In this document: positions 40,652 to 55,700 of the stretch, piece after piece
Position numbering within the stretch: the stretch's first letter is position 1
Layout: the number at the start of each line of letters is the position of its first letter
From: Octopus bimaculoides
Taxonomy: Eukaryota
Assembly: GCF_001194135.2 (NCBI RefSeq)
Contig: NC_068985.1
Coordinates: forward strand, 91,114,958-91,178,957
DNA: 64,000 nt
Direction: 5' to 3'
Notes under the pieces: generated by a model
What the model saw: only the letters and a program-made list of their open reading frames with translations
What the model was told of the DNA's origin: nothing
Databases searched by the model: none
Position numbers and translations under genes: made by a program

Positions 40652-42044
40652 TATTATCTGAATTAGCCTTTGGATAACACATTACTCCTAACAGTTACTA
40701 AATCGTATGTAAATGTAAATTGAAAGTTTATACTTTAATATTAACCTCATCTCTCGACCATCCCTTAGAAACAACTTTTAGTCATGAATGTATTTTATTT
40801 TCCCAAAATATCCTTCATAACAGATTATATTATTTTAATCTGTTATATATTTACTGTTTACTAAAATTGTGCCTTTTAAACTATTAATTTTGCTAACGAT
40901 GTCTCCATTTACTTCTGTTCTATTAACATATTATTTATTATAAATTTTAATTTGGTTGTGACTGACCTTTTGCCATTTTATTGATATTGATGTATATTAT
41001 GTATTCATCGATATCAATATTATAACGTTTTCCAAAGATAAATTCATTTTAAGTATACTAACCAATATTTCATATTTTTTAAAGTTTTCTGAAACACTCT
41101 GTATAAATGTCACACTAAACCACTCACAATTGCTTTGACTGTATTGTGATATTCATAACGTACGGGTTTAGATAAGCAATTCTGTTGTTCGCCATGGTCT
41201 ATCATTTTGATGTGACCTCCACTGAATGAAATTTTATGTTTAAATTGTTCCGCCAAAACCCTATAAAATAGTTGGTTGTATCATACATTTCCATTAATCA
41301 GTATAAATGGCATTTGGTTTAACCCTCCATAACTTTCGTTTTAGATTTGAATTACAATGCTAAATTATTTTGATATCAGTTTCTAATTAAAAAAAAAAAT
41401 AATCGAATATTTAAGTTAATAAATGCCGTCTACATTTCTAATTAATATTTCAATATATAACATTTCTTAAGATGTAACAAAATAGCCAATATTAATTTTC
41501 TAATATCACCTTTAGCTTGTGTTCTGATAGTATGTTTTAAAATATATTGTCTCTTGTCATAAAAAAGAATAAATAAAGTGTTCGGCTTAAGAATTTCGAG
41601 AAGAGTTAAAAGTTATCCTTTCGTTGAATGCTTGTGTTTTCCTTCAAAAAGCAATTTCGATACAAATTTCATCACATTTAAAATGGTTTCCTCTCATTAA
41701 CCCTTTATTGAAGCCATACCCGACAGGGAAATCCTAATAATTATGCTTTATGAGATTGTAATCGCGAATACCACAACATATGTATTTTCTTATATGTTGT
41801 TTCCCAAACTTTATGTGTTATAAAACATCTAAAAGATGCTATCGAATGTTTTATTTTTCTATATAAAGCGTATTTGTGTTAACGTCAGCTTCTCTTCGAT
41901 TGGCTTGCATGCATATCGTTATTTTCAATGAATAACTCAATGCATTTTACCACTAAATCTAAGCATATAATACTCATATATTAAATATATAAAGTGTAAT
42001 ATTGCAAACTAAATTATATCCCTGTATATTCTTCCTCAAAAATA

Positions 42045-42200
42045 GGCGCAGGAGTGGCTGTGTGCTAAGTAGCTTGCTTATCAACCGCATGGTTCTGGGT
42101 TCAGTCCCACAGCGTGGCCCCTTGGGCAAGTGTCTTCTACTATAGCCTCAGGCCGACCAAAGCCTTGTGAGTAGATTTGGTAAACTGAAAGAAGCCCGTC

Positions 42201-42251
<51 letters not shown>

Positions 42252-42350
42252 TATGTGTGTGTGTGTATGTGCATGTGTATGTGTGTTTGTTTGTCTGTGT
42301 ATCTGTGTGTGTGTGTGTGTGCGTGTGTGCGTGTGTCTGTGTTTATCCCA
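42045..42350 (+). mobile_element. tRNA-derived SINE family 1 (CORE-like motif), head plus microsatellite
   Basis: GGCGCAGGAGTGGCTGTGTG, B box GGTTCAGTCCC (42098-108), CTTGGGCAAGTG (42121-32), GAAGCCCGTCG then (TA)n(TG)n. Confidence 0.85.
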
Positions 42351-44564
42351 CAATTAGATTACAGATGTAGGATAGAGAACAAAAAACATCTTCAAATAGT
42401 ATACCAACTGTAATATTAAAACGGATTATTTGCAGCGTAAATATATTTGTGTTGAATTTTAAATTTGTGCTTAAATATTTTTTTGATTCTTGCTGCACTT
42501 AAATATTACTACCTTAAATCGAGTGAAATATATTTTTTTATTATATTAAATATTTAATAAATTACGTTGGTGCCTAAGTTATCTTCTCGTATGTGTTCCA
42601 AAATATTGAATATATTTTCTGTAAGATGCCACCGAGAATCGTATTCGTTCATTATCTCTTACCTATTATGTAGGCGTGCTTCGAACTGAAATATATCATA
42701 GATTGCAATACCATAAAATTGGGAGATATTTTATGCCTTCAAACAACACATTATATATAATATTTATATCTTCGTTCAATTGGTCTTTTTGAATGCAAAG
42801 TACCTGTGAATCGGGTCTCTGATAAATTGCATTTTATTGAAATTCTAAATATGTATTAAATAATTGCAGATTATCCAAGGTTCTATCACGCGGTTATGAT
42901 TAAAACAGGAGCGTTCTAAATACAGATTTAATATTTACTCGCTGTTTATATTTAATATATTTGTTTTAAAAAGTGTATGTCCCTATATGCACACTTGAAT
43001 TTGAGTGAGTATGTGTGTGTGTTTGTAAAAAGTTTGCACCGTTAAAATATTTTACGTTCCTCTAGTAACACTCACACATCAATATTATATGCAACTTGAA
43101 ATTTACAAGTAACACGTTAGTAACAATGTATATTAACGACAGGGGCAGTATTAATAACAAGAGGTAATATTTATCTCCACTTAAAAGTACATATGACGTT
43201 CGAACAAGTTATACTGCGGTAGATACCATGAAACAAACTCTCATATTAGCTCATGGTTGAAAATGCTCTCATGTTAGTATGGCTAACTGGGTAAAAAATC
43301 CCTGCCGGCTCCAAAGCCGAGAGCCCCAAATAACGTAATTTAGACCTTCCTTGGTCTCGTCCACGAAAACACAAAACAGAAGCCAATATGAGATCTTTCT
43401 CGTATCGACCACGGTATTGCTTGCTTTAACAGAAACTCTACATTGAAGTAAAGATAAATGTTAGTAAGAATCTTTTAGTGAATGCAAGATAATTGATGCA
43501 AAATAATTGAAATTATGCGGAGAAATTTTGATTCAAGCTTAGATCTGTATAATATATGAATAATTAATGAGGCTATCAACATATCCACCACCAAACAAAA
43601 AAGAAAAGATATATTAGTAATATGTTGCTGAAATACATGTTGACGTTCAAATAGCTAGAAGACGAATGATTAGATTCTCATTCTTAGATATTTAATCATT
43701 TCTCGTTCTTTCTGTAAGAACAGTGTACTTACAGGTATGTATTTCCATTTGGGAGTATATTTAACAAGTTTTATAAATATTTTGCATCTTAATTTTAAGA
43801 TATAAATCATTTAGGAGAAATAATAGAGAAACCTGCGGGATATTACGCTATATTTTCAGAATGGAGAAAATGAAACTTGTTATTTCTGTCACTGATGGTC
43901 ATTAACGCAGAACATGCAAGGGCATTAATTTTAAATAGAAACCGCAAAATGTACGCATTGTTTTGGGAGATGTCCCATGATATTAATTATTTTAAAATAT
44001 TTTTGTTTTGGAAAATCATTTTGATGCTATTCTAAATTCCAATTAATATAGGGTTATACGCAACTAGACGTTACTACAAATTCTACAGAGATGAATATTA
44101 ATTCACTATTTCTAATTATATGGGTAGGATACGTGAAATGACAGAGCGTCGTTGGGATTCGTTAATGATTGATAGATTAGTCAAGAAATTATACCGTGCT
44201 CTAAGACGCACGCAAATTTAAATTGAATATCGTTTTCCGTTGGTCATGTGTAATTGAGAATTGGAAATCTATAGAGAATAAATGAATTTCCTTGTTTAGA
44301 TACAAGTAAAAATATATCATATTAAATCAGCAGTTTAATAACCTTTCTATAAATGGAGAAACCTCCCAATAGCCGCATGATAAAACGAAGTGATACAATT
44401 CAGATATTGAAATCATAAAACATTGAGAGTCAAAGGTCAGAACACTTGCTCTCACCCCAAATCTTCACAAAACTAGTGATACATGTATAACTACAAACAC
44501 ACAAACACCCATACACACACGTATATGCATGTATATGCACACATATAAGCCATATATGTGTGTG

Positions 44565-44600
<36 letters not shown>

Positions 44601-44911
44601 TATTAGTGTGTGCGTATAAGTGTGTACGTGTCAGTTCAAAATTACATGTGACATGGAGAACGTTTTGTAAATATCTTTACACACTCATACGCATATGTGG
44701 AGACTTGTTTGAAATAATCAGTATTTTATGCTTTAGTTCTAATCTACGATTTTAATTAGTGTAGTAAATAATATATTTATGACTGCAGCATAAGAGCGGT
44801 TAGCTCTTATTTCTAGAAACGTAGGTGTTGATAACATATATTTAATGGATGGCTATAGTTTTTTTGATAAACGTTACCCCACTGCTGCCTGATGTAAATA
44901 TTTTTTTATAA

Positions 44912-45130
44912 CTCATGGTCGTAGGATTGCGGTTTAGATTCTCAGACTGAGTGATGTGATTGTTTATTGAGCGAAATCACCTAAAGCTCCGACAGGGAGT
45001 GGTGGCGAACCCAGCTTTACTCTTTCACCACATCTTTCTCTCACTCTTTCTTCCTGTTTCTGTTGTACATGTATTACAAAGGGTCAGCCTTGACACACAC
45101 AGTGTCATGCTGAATCTTCCCCTAGAAACT
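44912..45130 (+). mobile_element. SINE-like repeat, third family
   Basis: Degenerate B-box region (GGTTTAGATTCTC) then GAGCGAAATCACCTAAAGCTCC...GGTGGCGAACCC...TCTTTCACCAC; recognised by pattern as an octopus-type repeat, single copy here. Confidence 0.5.
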
Positions 45131-47005
45131 ATCTGCCGGTATGAATACAATACCGTTTACAATAAGCCTATTTCTCTCTTTCTTTCCTCCTTTATTTATC
45201 ATAAATTTAAAAAAAACGAGCGAGAGAAAGAACTCATTTATTATTTGTTTTTCATGTAAATGGTATTGTACTCATATGGTCGGCTTTCCTTCTTTGTTTT
45301 TTCTTGTTTTTTTCCTTTCTTTTTCTTTTCTCTATCTTTCTCTCTTGCGATACTTTCATCTCTGTCCATCTTCTCTGCCCCTTAAGAGAAAGACCCTAAC
45401 ATAAATAAATCACTACGCGAACATACTTACTCACACATGCATACAAAGAGCGAATGAGAGACAGATGCCTTCTAAAGATCAAGATTGACATCTTGAAACA
45501 TCATTAAGTTCAAAATCCTGTGAATCTACTGACCATAAATGCACAATAAATCCCATCGTAGAAAAAAAAAACGAGAAAAAATGACCCTCTTGCTCTTTTA
45601 TATTCTTCCTCCTTTCTTTCCGCTTTTTTTTTCTGTCTGTCTTTCTTTCTCTGTCTTTTGTTTTTTCCTCGTTACTCGGTTTTTCTCCCTCTGGCCCATC
45701 CGCCAAGCTTCACTTACTCACACATAGTTCTACGCATATATTCAAGCACATAGATACACACACGTATGTACGCAGACATATATAGGTAGATACAAATATA
45801 GGTATATATATATATATATATNNNNNNNNNNNNNNNNNNNNNNNNNNNNNNNNNNNNNNNNNNNNNNNNNNNNNNNNNNNNNNNNNNNNNNNNNNNNNNN
45901 NNNNNNNNNNNNNNNNNNNNNNNNNNNNNNNNNNNNNNNNNNNNNNNNNNNNNNNNNNNNNNNNNNNNNNNNNNNNNNNNNNNNNNNNNNNNNNNNNNNN
46001 NNNNNNNNNNNNNNNNNNNNNNNNNNNNNNNNNNNNNNNNNNNNNNNNNNNNNNNNNNNNNNNNNNNNNNNNNNNNNNNNNNNNNNNNNNNNNNNNNNNN
46101 NNNNNNNNNNNNNNNNNNNNNNNNNNNNNNNNNNNNNNNNNNNNNNNNNNNNNNNNNNNNNNNNNNNNNNNNNNTATATATATATATATTAGCTTAGTTT
46201 TTTTCCTTGGGGCTGGCCAGATTAGAGCAATCTCTCGTATAACCAGGCGAAATTGCAAAGATAATCTAGAACTCGACTAGGAATAGAAAACTCCGAATGA
46301 CCCATCCTTCGTTGTTCGAAAAAAAGTTTCTTTCCCACGTTTTGTTTTATATATATATGTAGGAAATAATGGCACAACGATGTACCATTATTTGCTGGAA
46401 ATAGCAGTCGATATCTTTGTTTATGTATGTGTGCGTGTGTACTTTCAATTTTGTGTGATTTAAAACAATTGAAATCACCCCGACTATTCCTTGTACACAT
46501 GTTTCACTAATAGTAATCTGTTGACATATGTTCCTCATTACCCCTTCACATTCATTATACAAAACAAGTTTTTACAATTTGATTTACAGACAGCTTACGT
46601 AACAAAACGTAATTTAGAATAACTAATTATTTGTGAAAATATTCTCATAGAGGAAATTGCTGACAGCTCTTTGGAAATATATGGGATAATTTATATCCTA
46701 GAGCTCTCTACAGCTAATTAAGTTAAATCAATTATTGTGAAAACTGAAAATGCTACGATTTAAAAATACTGATAAGGAAGCCGGGAGAGTGCAATTTTGC
46801 TAGGTTGATTCTATTTATTGGCTGGCACACAAATTTATTTGGGATAATATATTTTTAAAGTATTTCTAATAGCTTTAGCTAAGTACCTGCTTCTAAAATT
46901 GTGTAGATTTAGTTTACATCGAAACCAGCTAGGTATGAGCCAACGTGGTGACATACAATTTGATACCACAAATTTCAGAAATATAATTAAAATTTCACTT
47001 CAGAT

Positions 47006-47335
47006 AGGCCCTGGGAAAGCATGTTCTCCTACGCCCTCGGGCCGGTTAAAACCGACGGAGTGAATTTGGTAGATGGAAACTAAAAGAAGACCGTCGTGTG
47101 TATCTGTGTTCGTGTGTGTGTTTTTATGTCTGTGTTTATCTCCTACCACTGCTTGACAACTGGTTTTTGTGTGTTTACGTTCTAGCAAGCTAGTGCTTGG
47201 GCAAAAAGGAGACGGTAGAATTAGTACAATACTTTACAAATATCATTACTGGTATAGATGCAATCATCATAAAGTTCTTCGAGACCGTGGCCTTGCAAGG
47301 CAGCAGTCTCATGACTGAAGCAAGGAGCAGATAAA
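47006..47335 (+). mobile_element. SINE family 1, 5'-truncated, with 3' tail
   Basis: GAATTTGGTAGATGGAAAC..AAGAAG.CCGTCG, (TG)n, GCTTGACAAC...GTGTTTACG...ATGACTGAAGCAAG. Confidence 0.75.
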
Positions 47336-47606
47336 GGGCGTGATGTCAAGAAAGAAATCTTCGTTTATATTTCTGGTTAGACTAAGATTAAAACAAACTA
47401 CGTGAGAAGAAACATTAAGTTAACTAAATAGCAGCCTTATTTCAACGTGCACACGATTAGTACATCTTAGACGGCGAGCAATAAAACACCTCAATGCGAA
47501 AATCTATGATGGTATAAAGAAATAAATTTCAAATACATGTTATATCTATGAATACAATTTTTGATGGAAAAATAAATATCTAAATAAGGAAATAAAAATT
47601 ATCATT

Positions 47607-47609
47607 ATG

Positions 47610-47682
<73 letters not shown>

Positions 47683-47783
47683 GTAGTAGTAGTAGTAGTA
47701 GTAGTGTTGATGGTGGTGGCGGCNNNNNNNNNNTGGTGATAGTAGTTAGTAGTGGTGGTGGTGGCGGCGGCGGTGTTGGTGGT

Positions 47784-47815
<32 letters not shown>

Positions 47816-47853
47816 TAGAAATAGTAGTAGTAGTAGTTGCAGTAGTAGTACTA

Positions 47854-47913
<60 letters not shown>

Positions 47914-47960
47914 GTAGTAGTTATAGTGGTATCATTGTTATCATCGCCATCATCATCATT
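47607..47960. repeat. Compound microsatellite (ATT)n(AGT)n(GGT)(AGC)(AGT)n(CAT)
   Basis: Directly visible; contains a 10-N gap. Confidence 0.95.
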
Positions 47961-48135
47961 TATAGGCCGACCTTGGATTTTATCCTCGCGTCTTTATATG
48001 AAACATGTACCAATTGAACACTGGCGCCGAACATTGGAATCGACTAACCGCTTTTCCCAACATTGCCGGCTTTGTGCCAAAGCTTGAAACCATTATGATC
48101 TTTTTTTATTATACTAGTCCTTCTTATCATGAAAA

Positions 48136-48342
48136 CGGCGTGCTGACAAAATACTTAGCACTCTGGGTGAAATGATTATCCGGATTTCGTCCGTCTTTAC
48201 GTCCTGAGTTCAAATTCTACCGAAGACGACTATGATTTTGACTCCTGGAAACTCGATAGTATTAGTACCTGATTAGTACTGGAATCGATATACTAGCCTA
48301 CTACCCAAAACTTGTTGGCTTTGTACCTATAATAGGAAGATT
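48136..48342 (+). mobile_element. SINE family 2, degraded, plus strand
   Basis: GGCGTGCTGAC...TTTCGTCCGTCTTTACGTCCTGAGTTCAAATTC. Confidence 0.7.
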
Positions 48343-48450
48343 TACAAATATTTTAACAATAATTGGAAAAAGAAAAGGAAGAATAATTCTCATAATGAAC
48401 TTACTTAGACACATATGTGGGGTTGTACGTATATGCATATATAGATTATA

Positions 48451-48669
48451 TTTATTTCTTTATTGCCAACAGGGGGCTAAACATAGAACAGACAAACAAG
48501 GACAGAAAAATGGTTTAAGTCGATTACATCGACACCAGTGTGTAACTGGTACTTATTTAATGGACTCCGAAAGGATGAAAGGAAAAGTCGACCTCGGCGG
48601 AATTTGAACTCAGAACGGAAAGACAACGAAATTCCGCTACGATTTTCGCCCGGCGTGCTAACATTTCTT
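48451..48669 (-). mobile_element. SINE family 2, tandem copy lacking about 15 nt of the 5' end
   Basis: Collinear with 48667-48900; B box GAGTTCAAATTCC. Confidence 0.85.
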
Positions 48670-48900
48670 ATTTCTTTATTGCACAAAAGGGACTAAACAT
48701 AGAGAGGACAAACAAAGAGAGACAAAAGGAGTAAGTCGATTACATCGACCCCAGTGCGTAACTGGTACTTATTTAATCGACCCCGAAAGGATGAAATGCA
48801 AAGTCGACCTCGCCGAAATTTGAAATTAGAACGTAACGGCAAACGAAATTCCGCTAAGCATTTCGCCCGGAGTGTGAACGTTTCTGCTAGCTCGCCGCCT
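48667..48900 (-). mobile_element. tRNA-derived SINE family 2, complete copy
   Basis: Minus: GGCGGCGAGCTAGCAGAAACG...TTCAAATTTCGGCGAGGTCGACTTTGC..TCATCCTTTCGGGGTCGAT...AATAAAGAAATA. Confidence 0.85.
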
Positions 48901-51900
48901 TGCGTATATATACATTATATGATTATGCTACCTTCCTTGTTTACACATTCCATAGACCAACACATACCTTAAATGGTCTGCTTCTGCATTCGACTTTTGC
49001 GTCTCTATCATTCCAGTTGAATACAAATATTAAACTAATAGAATTTGGCATATTTTGTGAGCACTTTAATAATTACAATCGTTTTAAATCAATTCGAAGA
49101 ACGCAACTGTCGTTTTAATATTGACCGGGTTAAAGAAAGAATGAAATCTACAAAATACTCATAAGAAGTGAACATATACCTTATTTCGAGAGTAATAATG
49201 TTCTGAAGTAGATTTAATATTTCCGTGGGCGAAAATTCGATTATGTATTAGTGTATATTCTACTTTTTCATCTTAATCATTGGCGTTTAGCTTCAAGAAA
49301 TAATAACTCTTATGACCTCCAAAAGTATAACAATTTTTGTTCTATAATATTAGCAGAATCATAATCATTGTATCACCTGAGTATATGTGCATACGAAACA
49401 GTAATTTTATATCTGACAGACTTCATGGAACAAAGCTTCATTTCATTTTTCTGTGTTCAAACAATTAAAAATAATGTAGGAACGTTATTTTCGACATGTG
49501 TGAATATATATCTCGCTATCTTTTAAACTTCATAAAACTGTATATTACTGGCTTGTATTTTGTCCTCTAGAAACTCAAGAAAAGTGAACGATTGCAAGAA
49601 CAGCTATGCGATATACTTTATTCGTTTTGCAGTAAACCTGAACTCAGCATTACCATGAACAGATCTTCTTACGCATAAAGATCACGCTCCACATCCTTTC
49701 TTCTATATGGCATTGAAAGTAAATCGTCATACTATCTAGATAGAAAACAACAAAAGGGATTTATGTAGCAATCTGTGTGGCTAAATATATGTCAAATATT
49801 TCTCCAACACTTTTCAAGGTTAAAAATTATGTGTGCTTCTGAGCCAAAAGTTTTTCCTCACGTTGTGAAATGTAGGTAGACTTTTGGAATGAGCACCAAA
49901 GCTACTAAGTAGGAAGCAAATCGTTGGAACATCTGTTCAAGCACAGTTTTCAATAGAAAGATGTAAGATCCTTCACGTTCACGTAGCACGCTATAATATA
50001 GTTATGGTGTAACGCTTTATGTACTATTGCAGAATATCACACATTACTTCAAGGTACGGCATATCTCTGACAAAATATCTTTTATTTTTTACTGCTTTCG
50101 TTTAGACCGAGATAAGCCTCACTCCAAATGAAAAGTTATAAGAATAATGTAATTCCAGCTATAACTGTATTTGTGTAGCTCAGAAAAGTTGCGATTTAAA
50201 AGATGTGTCTGTCATCCCTATTAGACCGTCCGACCTATTAAACTTTATTTCATGGTCGCTTTTACTAAATTACTTTAAAGAGACGTTGCTCAAGGGTGAA
50301 ACTATGGTTAAATTAGTTTAGGAAATACTCTGTTTCAATGTAATTTGCTATTCAACATAATAATAAGAGACATTTTTAGACTCTACAAACACAAACGTTA
50401 TGTTAGACTCAAGTAGATGATGAATTAACAGTTTTATTGATTTTATTTCAGTTAAAATTTCCAGCAATACCCAGGACACCTGATCAACAGACAATTACTC
50501 TGGATGACCATTGTCTGTATACAGCTGTTTAGAAAGTATTCGCTAATGATGTTTGGGAATATAATCTAAAAGTATCACGCGCGCTGCACTATGCGAGCAA
50601 CCAACGTTTAGCGTATGAAGTGTTATAAAAACAATTTCACCTTACAACATCTCTCCAGAAAAACACTCATTTTCGAACATATGGACATGCTAGATTTCAT
50701 TTCACAGGATATTTCTAGTGTTTTAATATACAAAAATATATGCGTATGTGTGTATGCAACTATACGTCAACGCCAGTCTGTATAAAAACTCTCTCTCTTT
50801 CTCTTTCTCTCTCTCTATCTCTCTCTCTCTCTGCATCTCTCTTCCTCACTCACGCACACACACTCACACACACAACACACACAAACACAAACACACACAT
50901 AGACAAACAAACACACACACACAAATGCTTAGAGATATCGCAGTTTTATTTGTTATATATATTTTAAAATATAATTGCAGTAACCAATCTTCTTTTTACC
51001 GATACTGCCTGACGTATGCATTTTGAGGCCTTAACTTATTTAAGGAGATTGTTGCTAAGTAACTACAACAAAAATCACTGGTAGCATACCTCAAAAATCT
51101 TGGTTTGGGAACTGTTTTATGTATTGCAATAGTAGGAGCGTAGATCAACGAACTTTGTATTAATCATAATGCATAGATTCAGATGATTCTCAATTCATTC
51201 TGGATACTTTTGCGAGACACAGCATCACAATTCATCGAGAATTGAATTTTATTAAAGAATAATGAGCCTGCAGATGTATAGTTTCGGAACATTTGGTGGA
51301 TTGTTACAACTTACATAAATCTTCATTTTCCACACAGTATTAAATGAAATAACTAACTCAGGAAATTCTACTATTTTAATGCTCACAATTTTGAAATTGC
51401 TTATGACGCGGTAACACCAGATCGTTTTACCTTGAGTTTATTTCCCTAAAACAAATTTAGAATTGCTGAATTCTATTTTTATTACATATACGTAGAGATA
51501 ACTAAATTGCAATAGATAAAGTCTCGTCTCTATATATATGTATAACTAAATAATATATGTTAGATATAAAAATACATATGAACGCCTGGAATTGTTTCAT
51601 ACGCATATCGATATAACCTAAATGGAGGACAATAATTCTTAGAAACCGAAAAATAACCTACAAGAATCATTTGTTCGTACAGAGCAAATTTAGCGATTCA
51701 ACTTGTTTCAAAAAATTAATGCATTTTATTTTTATTCGTAAAAAAACTGATCTGCAAGTAATATTGTATACATCAGTTGGGAACATGAAATAGAATATTA
51801 TTTTTATGTGTTGAAATATCAGTAGTTTTAACATTACTAATGCGATTATCTTTTAGTTACAATGGAAACGCTAGTATATTTTGAAAGAATTCATTATCCG

Positions 51901-52251
51901 TAACCTGGTAGGATAGAATCCTTTTGTTGATATCGAAATATCAAAGTGTAATTTGAGTTGCATCGTGTTGGCTCATAACAAGATCATCAATGATCATGGA
52001 TAGTGCCTTTGTTGATATTAGTTCATTCTTTGCAGGCAGTTATATAGATTTATTTTGTTAGGCATAACTTTTCACATTTCAAAAAAAATGGAAGTGTAAA
52101 GTGTAATAAATAACTACGTCTGCAGAATAAATGTCCGAGTATTGCCTCAAGGTTTTACCTCATAATACAAGTCAATAAACTTGCGCTTGCTTCTATATAT
52201 TATTTGCCAATCGCTACTCACCTAAATGCAGAGTCAGTCGAGCGTCAGGTT

Positions 52252-52450
52252 AAGCTGGCAGATGGTAGACGAAATGCTTAGCGTTATCTCGTCCGTGACT
52301 ACGTTTTGAGTTCAAACTCCGGCGAGGACAACTTTGCCTTTCATCCTACCGACTCGATAAAATAAGAAACAGTGATATACGGTGGTCGATGTAATTTATT
52401 TTCCCCTGCCCTCAAATTTCAGGCCTTATACGTTGAGTAGAATATTATTA
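52252..52450 (+). mobile_element. SINE family 2
   Basis: GCTGGCAG...GAAATGCTTAGCG...GAGTTCAAACTCCGGCGAGG..CTTTGCCTTTCATCC. Confidence 0.75.
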
Positions 52451-52684
52451 TTACTCTTTTTGTTCATTATGTGAATGTGCGTGCGTTTTCATCATTATTC
52501 TCTTTGTTTTATTGAATTTAACATGTCCCATGTTGTATCGCTGAAATCTACAGGCGTTTTTTATTCTCTGTTTATTTTCTCTTGTTATTCCTTTCTGTGG
52601 AAGACCGTAGGATCGACACATAACATACTTTTACATTATTTCCCCCAGCGTCAAACTAATACACCTCATACATATATATGTAGA

Positions 52685-52722
<38 letters not shown>

Positions 52723-55700
52723 TTGATAGATAGACATATACACGCATACACACGTATATATATATATATATANNNNNNNNNNNNNNNNNNNNNNNNNNNN
52801 NNNNNNNNNNNNNNNNNNNNNNNNNNNNNNNNNNNNNNNNNNNNNNNNNNNNNNNNNNNNNNNNNNNNNNNNNNNNNNNNNNNNNNNNNNNNNNNNNNNN
52901 NNNNNNNNNNNNNNNNNNNNNNNNNNNNNNNNNNNNNNNNNNNNNNNNNNTATATATATATATATATATATATATGCACGTATACGGATGCATATTGTTT
53001 TCACAAACTTTTAGACGTGCATATTAACATTGTAACTGAACATTGATATGCCTATAATGTCTGTCGACCCTTTCTTATTCTCTGAATTTTCTAACATAAA
53101 ACACAGCGTCGTGATATAATGCTGCAGCACATAAGAAAATCTTCGCCAAATTTGTACATATTAAAGAAGCTCTGTATCACTGTGTTATTCTATTTCAAAT
53201 TTTCCAATTAATTTTTCTTCTATAATTAATGTTGTATAATATTCCTAAATCTGTACACAATGCTAGTGTTTTCAGTTAAGATTATACGTATCACGAACGA
53301 AATCTAGTGACAAAATAAATTGAAGCAAAGAAACTTTCTATAATATTATTTAATGAATATGAATCTGATTTCGTTTTGGGTTACAATGCAATTTTTACCA
53401 GAAAATTAATTTAAATATTTATATCACGTATCTATGTCCTATACATACGAAGTTGCATAACTTAGTACTTTGTACAATTTTGAATAAATAGAAACTGACG
53501 TCTATGATAGAACAAGCTCATTGTTAGAAATTAATAATATTCTTGTTGTAGACGAGTTGAATACTATAAAGATTATTGACAAGAGATTTTATTTACTCTG
53601 GATGTTCAGATGTACGAAACAGCTCTAATTTCGTCTCTCAATTATCACTAAAGCGTGTAATAACTTCACTTAATTATAGCCATACATTCAAAAGAATTGC
53701 TGCACGGAAGCTTCAGAGATAGCATGTAGTTGTAGATTCAAATGCTTTATATTTATTTACTTAGAAAAGAATTTGCACGAAGGTATCTTAAGCAATATTG
53801 CATTAGAGTTTATTTAGCAAATGTTTTACAAATAACACTAGATTCATTGGAAATGTATATATTGAAACAAGTAATGAGGTGTATTGATCATTACAATTGC
53901 ATGTATCATCTGTTTGTGTTAAATCACTTGAATTGTGGCCATATTTTTGTTAACACGTTGCCTGTTGAGAATCTCATTACCATTCTCTTTTACATTGATC
54001 TCTGATGGTTTACGCTCTCCTGCACAAAACGAATGTTGACTTCCTTTCGTTTCTATTTAAAATATAATTCATATATACATAAGACATGTATATATGTGTG
54101 TTTCTGCGTGTGTGCATGTCTGAGTGTGTGTGCGTGGTTTTGTGTATATGTGTGTGTGTGTGTGTGTGCGTGTCTCTGTGTGTAAATTGTTATCACAAAT
54201 GTATCCGTATATGTACAAATACCTGTAAACACTCACGCATGTATATATACATATACGTATAAACACAAAACTCTACAAATAGTGATTGCAGAGTTTACGG
54301 AAGCGTGGAACTTATATTTATATTGTGATGTTTGTACGGGTTAGTTGTCTTGTAGTCTCTTGACTAATCGGACATGGTAGACATACTTATAAAACGCAAT
54401 AACAAATATTAATTTTTTTGTAAAATTTGCTGAATTTATATTCCAACTACAAGTTATGGATCTATTTGTACAAAAAACAACACAGCCATATGTGTATATT
54501 TGTTTGTGTGTGAGTATTCGCGTATACTTGCGTGTCTTTACGTGTGTGTGTGTCTGCCTGTGTGTGTACGCATGCGTATGCTTAGATATATATTTGTCTG
54601 TACTGATTCATCCGTACATGATTATATTGTAGGATGTGTCAAGTTAAGTGCATCAACTAATACATAAAATAGAGGTTTTGAATACAATCGATACAGTATG
54701 CAACAGAAAGAAGCGCAGAAATACAGACTAAAATAAAAGCGATAATTTACTGTTCTAACTAGAGACCACAAAAGCCTCCATTACGCAAATTGATTAAGTA
54801 AATTTACTTCACAGTATGTACACAATCCATGTCTCTCTAAACATTTAAAGAGTTACTAAGCGAAGCCCAGAGGTGATCGAAAGTTGTCGGCCGATTCCTG
54901 GTATTATTCCTTCGGTTTTACCTTCATCGTGATATTTCATCTACAAAATCTACAAAGAGGGTTTACAATTTTACATGTCAAATATATTATTAAATGCCCT
55001 GCGAAATTTGAAATATTTAAAAAAAATGATGACGATAGGCACCTTAGTAAGATAGATAAATACAACGGGTAAGTCCGAGTTTGTGTTTATATGTATATAT
55101 ATATATATGTACGCATACAATACCCGAATATAGAAATACAAACGCTGGAGAATTTCAATATGGGTATACTTCTGAATACACTTTCAATTATTTATAATAG
55201 TCAGCTACATAACCTATATTACATATCATAATATCAGTACAAACTTTATATATTCACTATATTAACTGTTTAAACTTGAAAAAGAAAACATACATGTATC
55301 AATTGTTATCATAAACTGTACAACAAAGTTTTCGGTTTACTTGGCTTTCATATTGAATCAGATACATTTCTAATCCTCTATGTTATAATCAGCGTATAAC
55401 ATGAAATCGGCACCTTATACAAGACACAAATAAATGCTATTTTTCAAACAAAGAAATACAAAAAATGCATACATTGTTTGATAGGAAATGAGTAGCGTGA
55501 TTATAGCATATATCAACATAATACTCAGCACGTTAACGAAAGTAAACTCTACAACAACTGATCTCAAATATCAAACTATGTGTTCCTATTTCGAAACGAT
55601 ATCAAATATATGAAAATTAAACAATAGTACGGAATTTTTTCTAGAAGTCAGACATTTATGAATTTCAGATAATATTAAAGAATGTGCGTCCAACAAATAA

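Noticed and set aside
41089-41105. Tc1/mariner-like end GAAACACTCTGTATA
   Set aside because: No matching inverted end or transposase remnant seen
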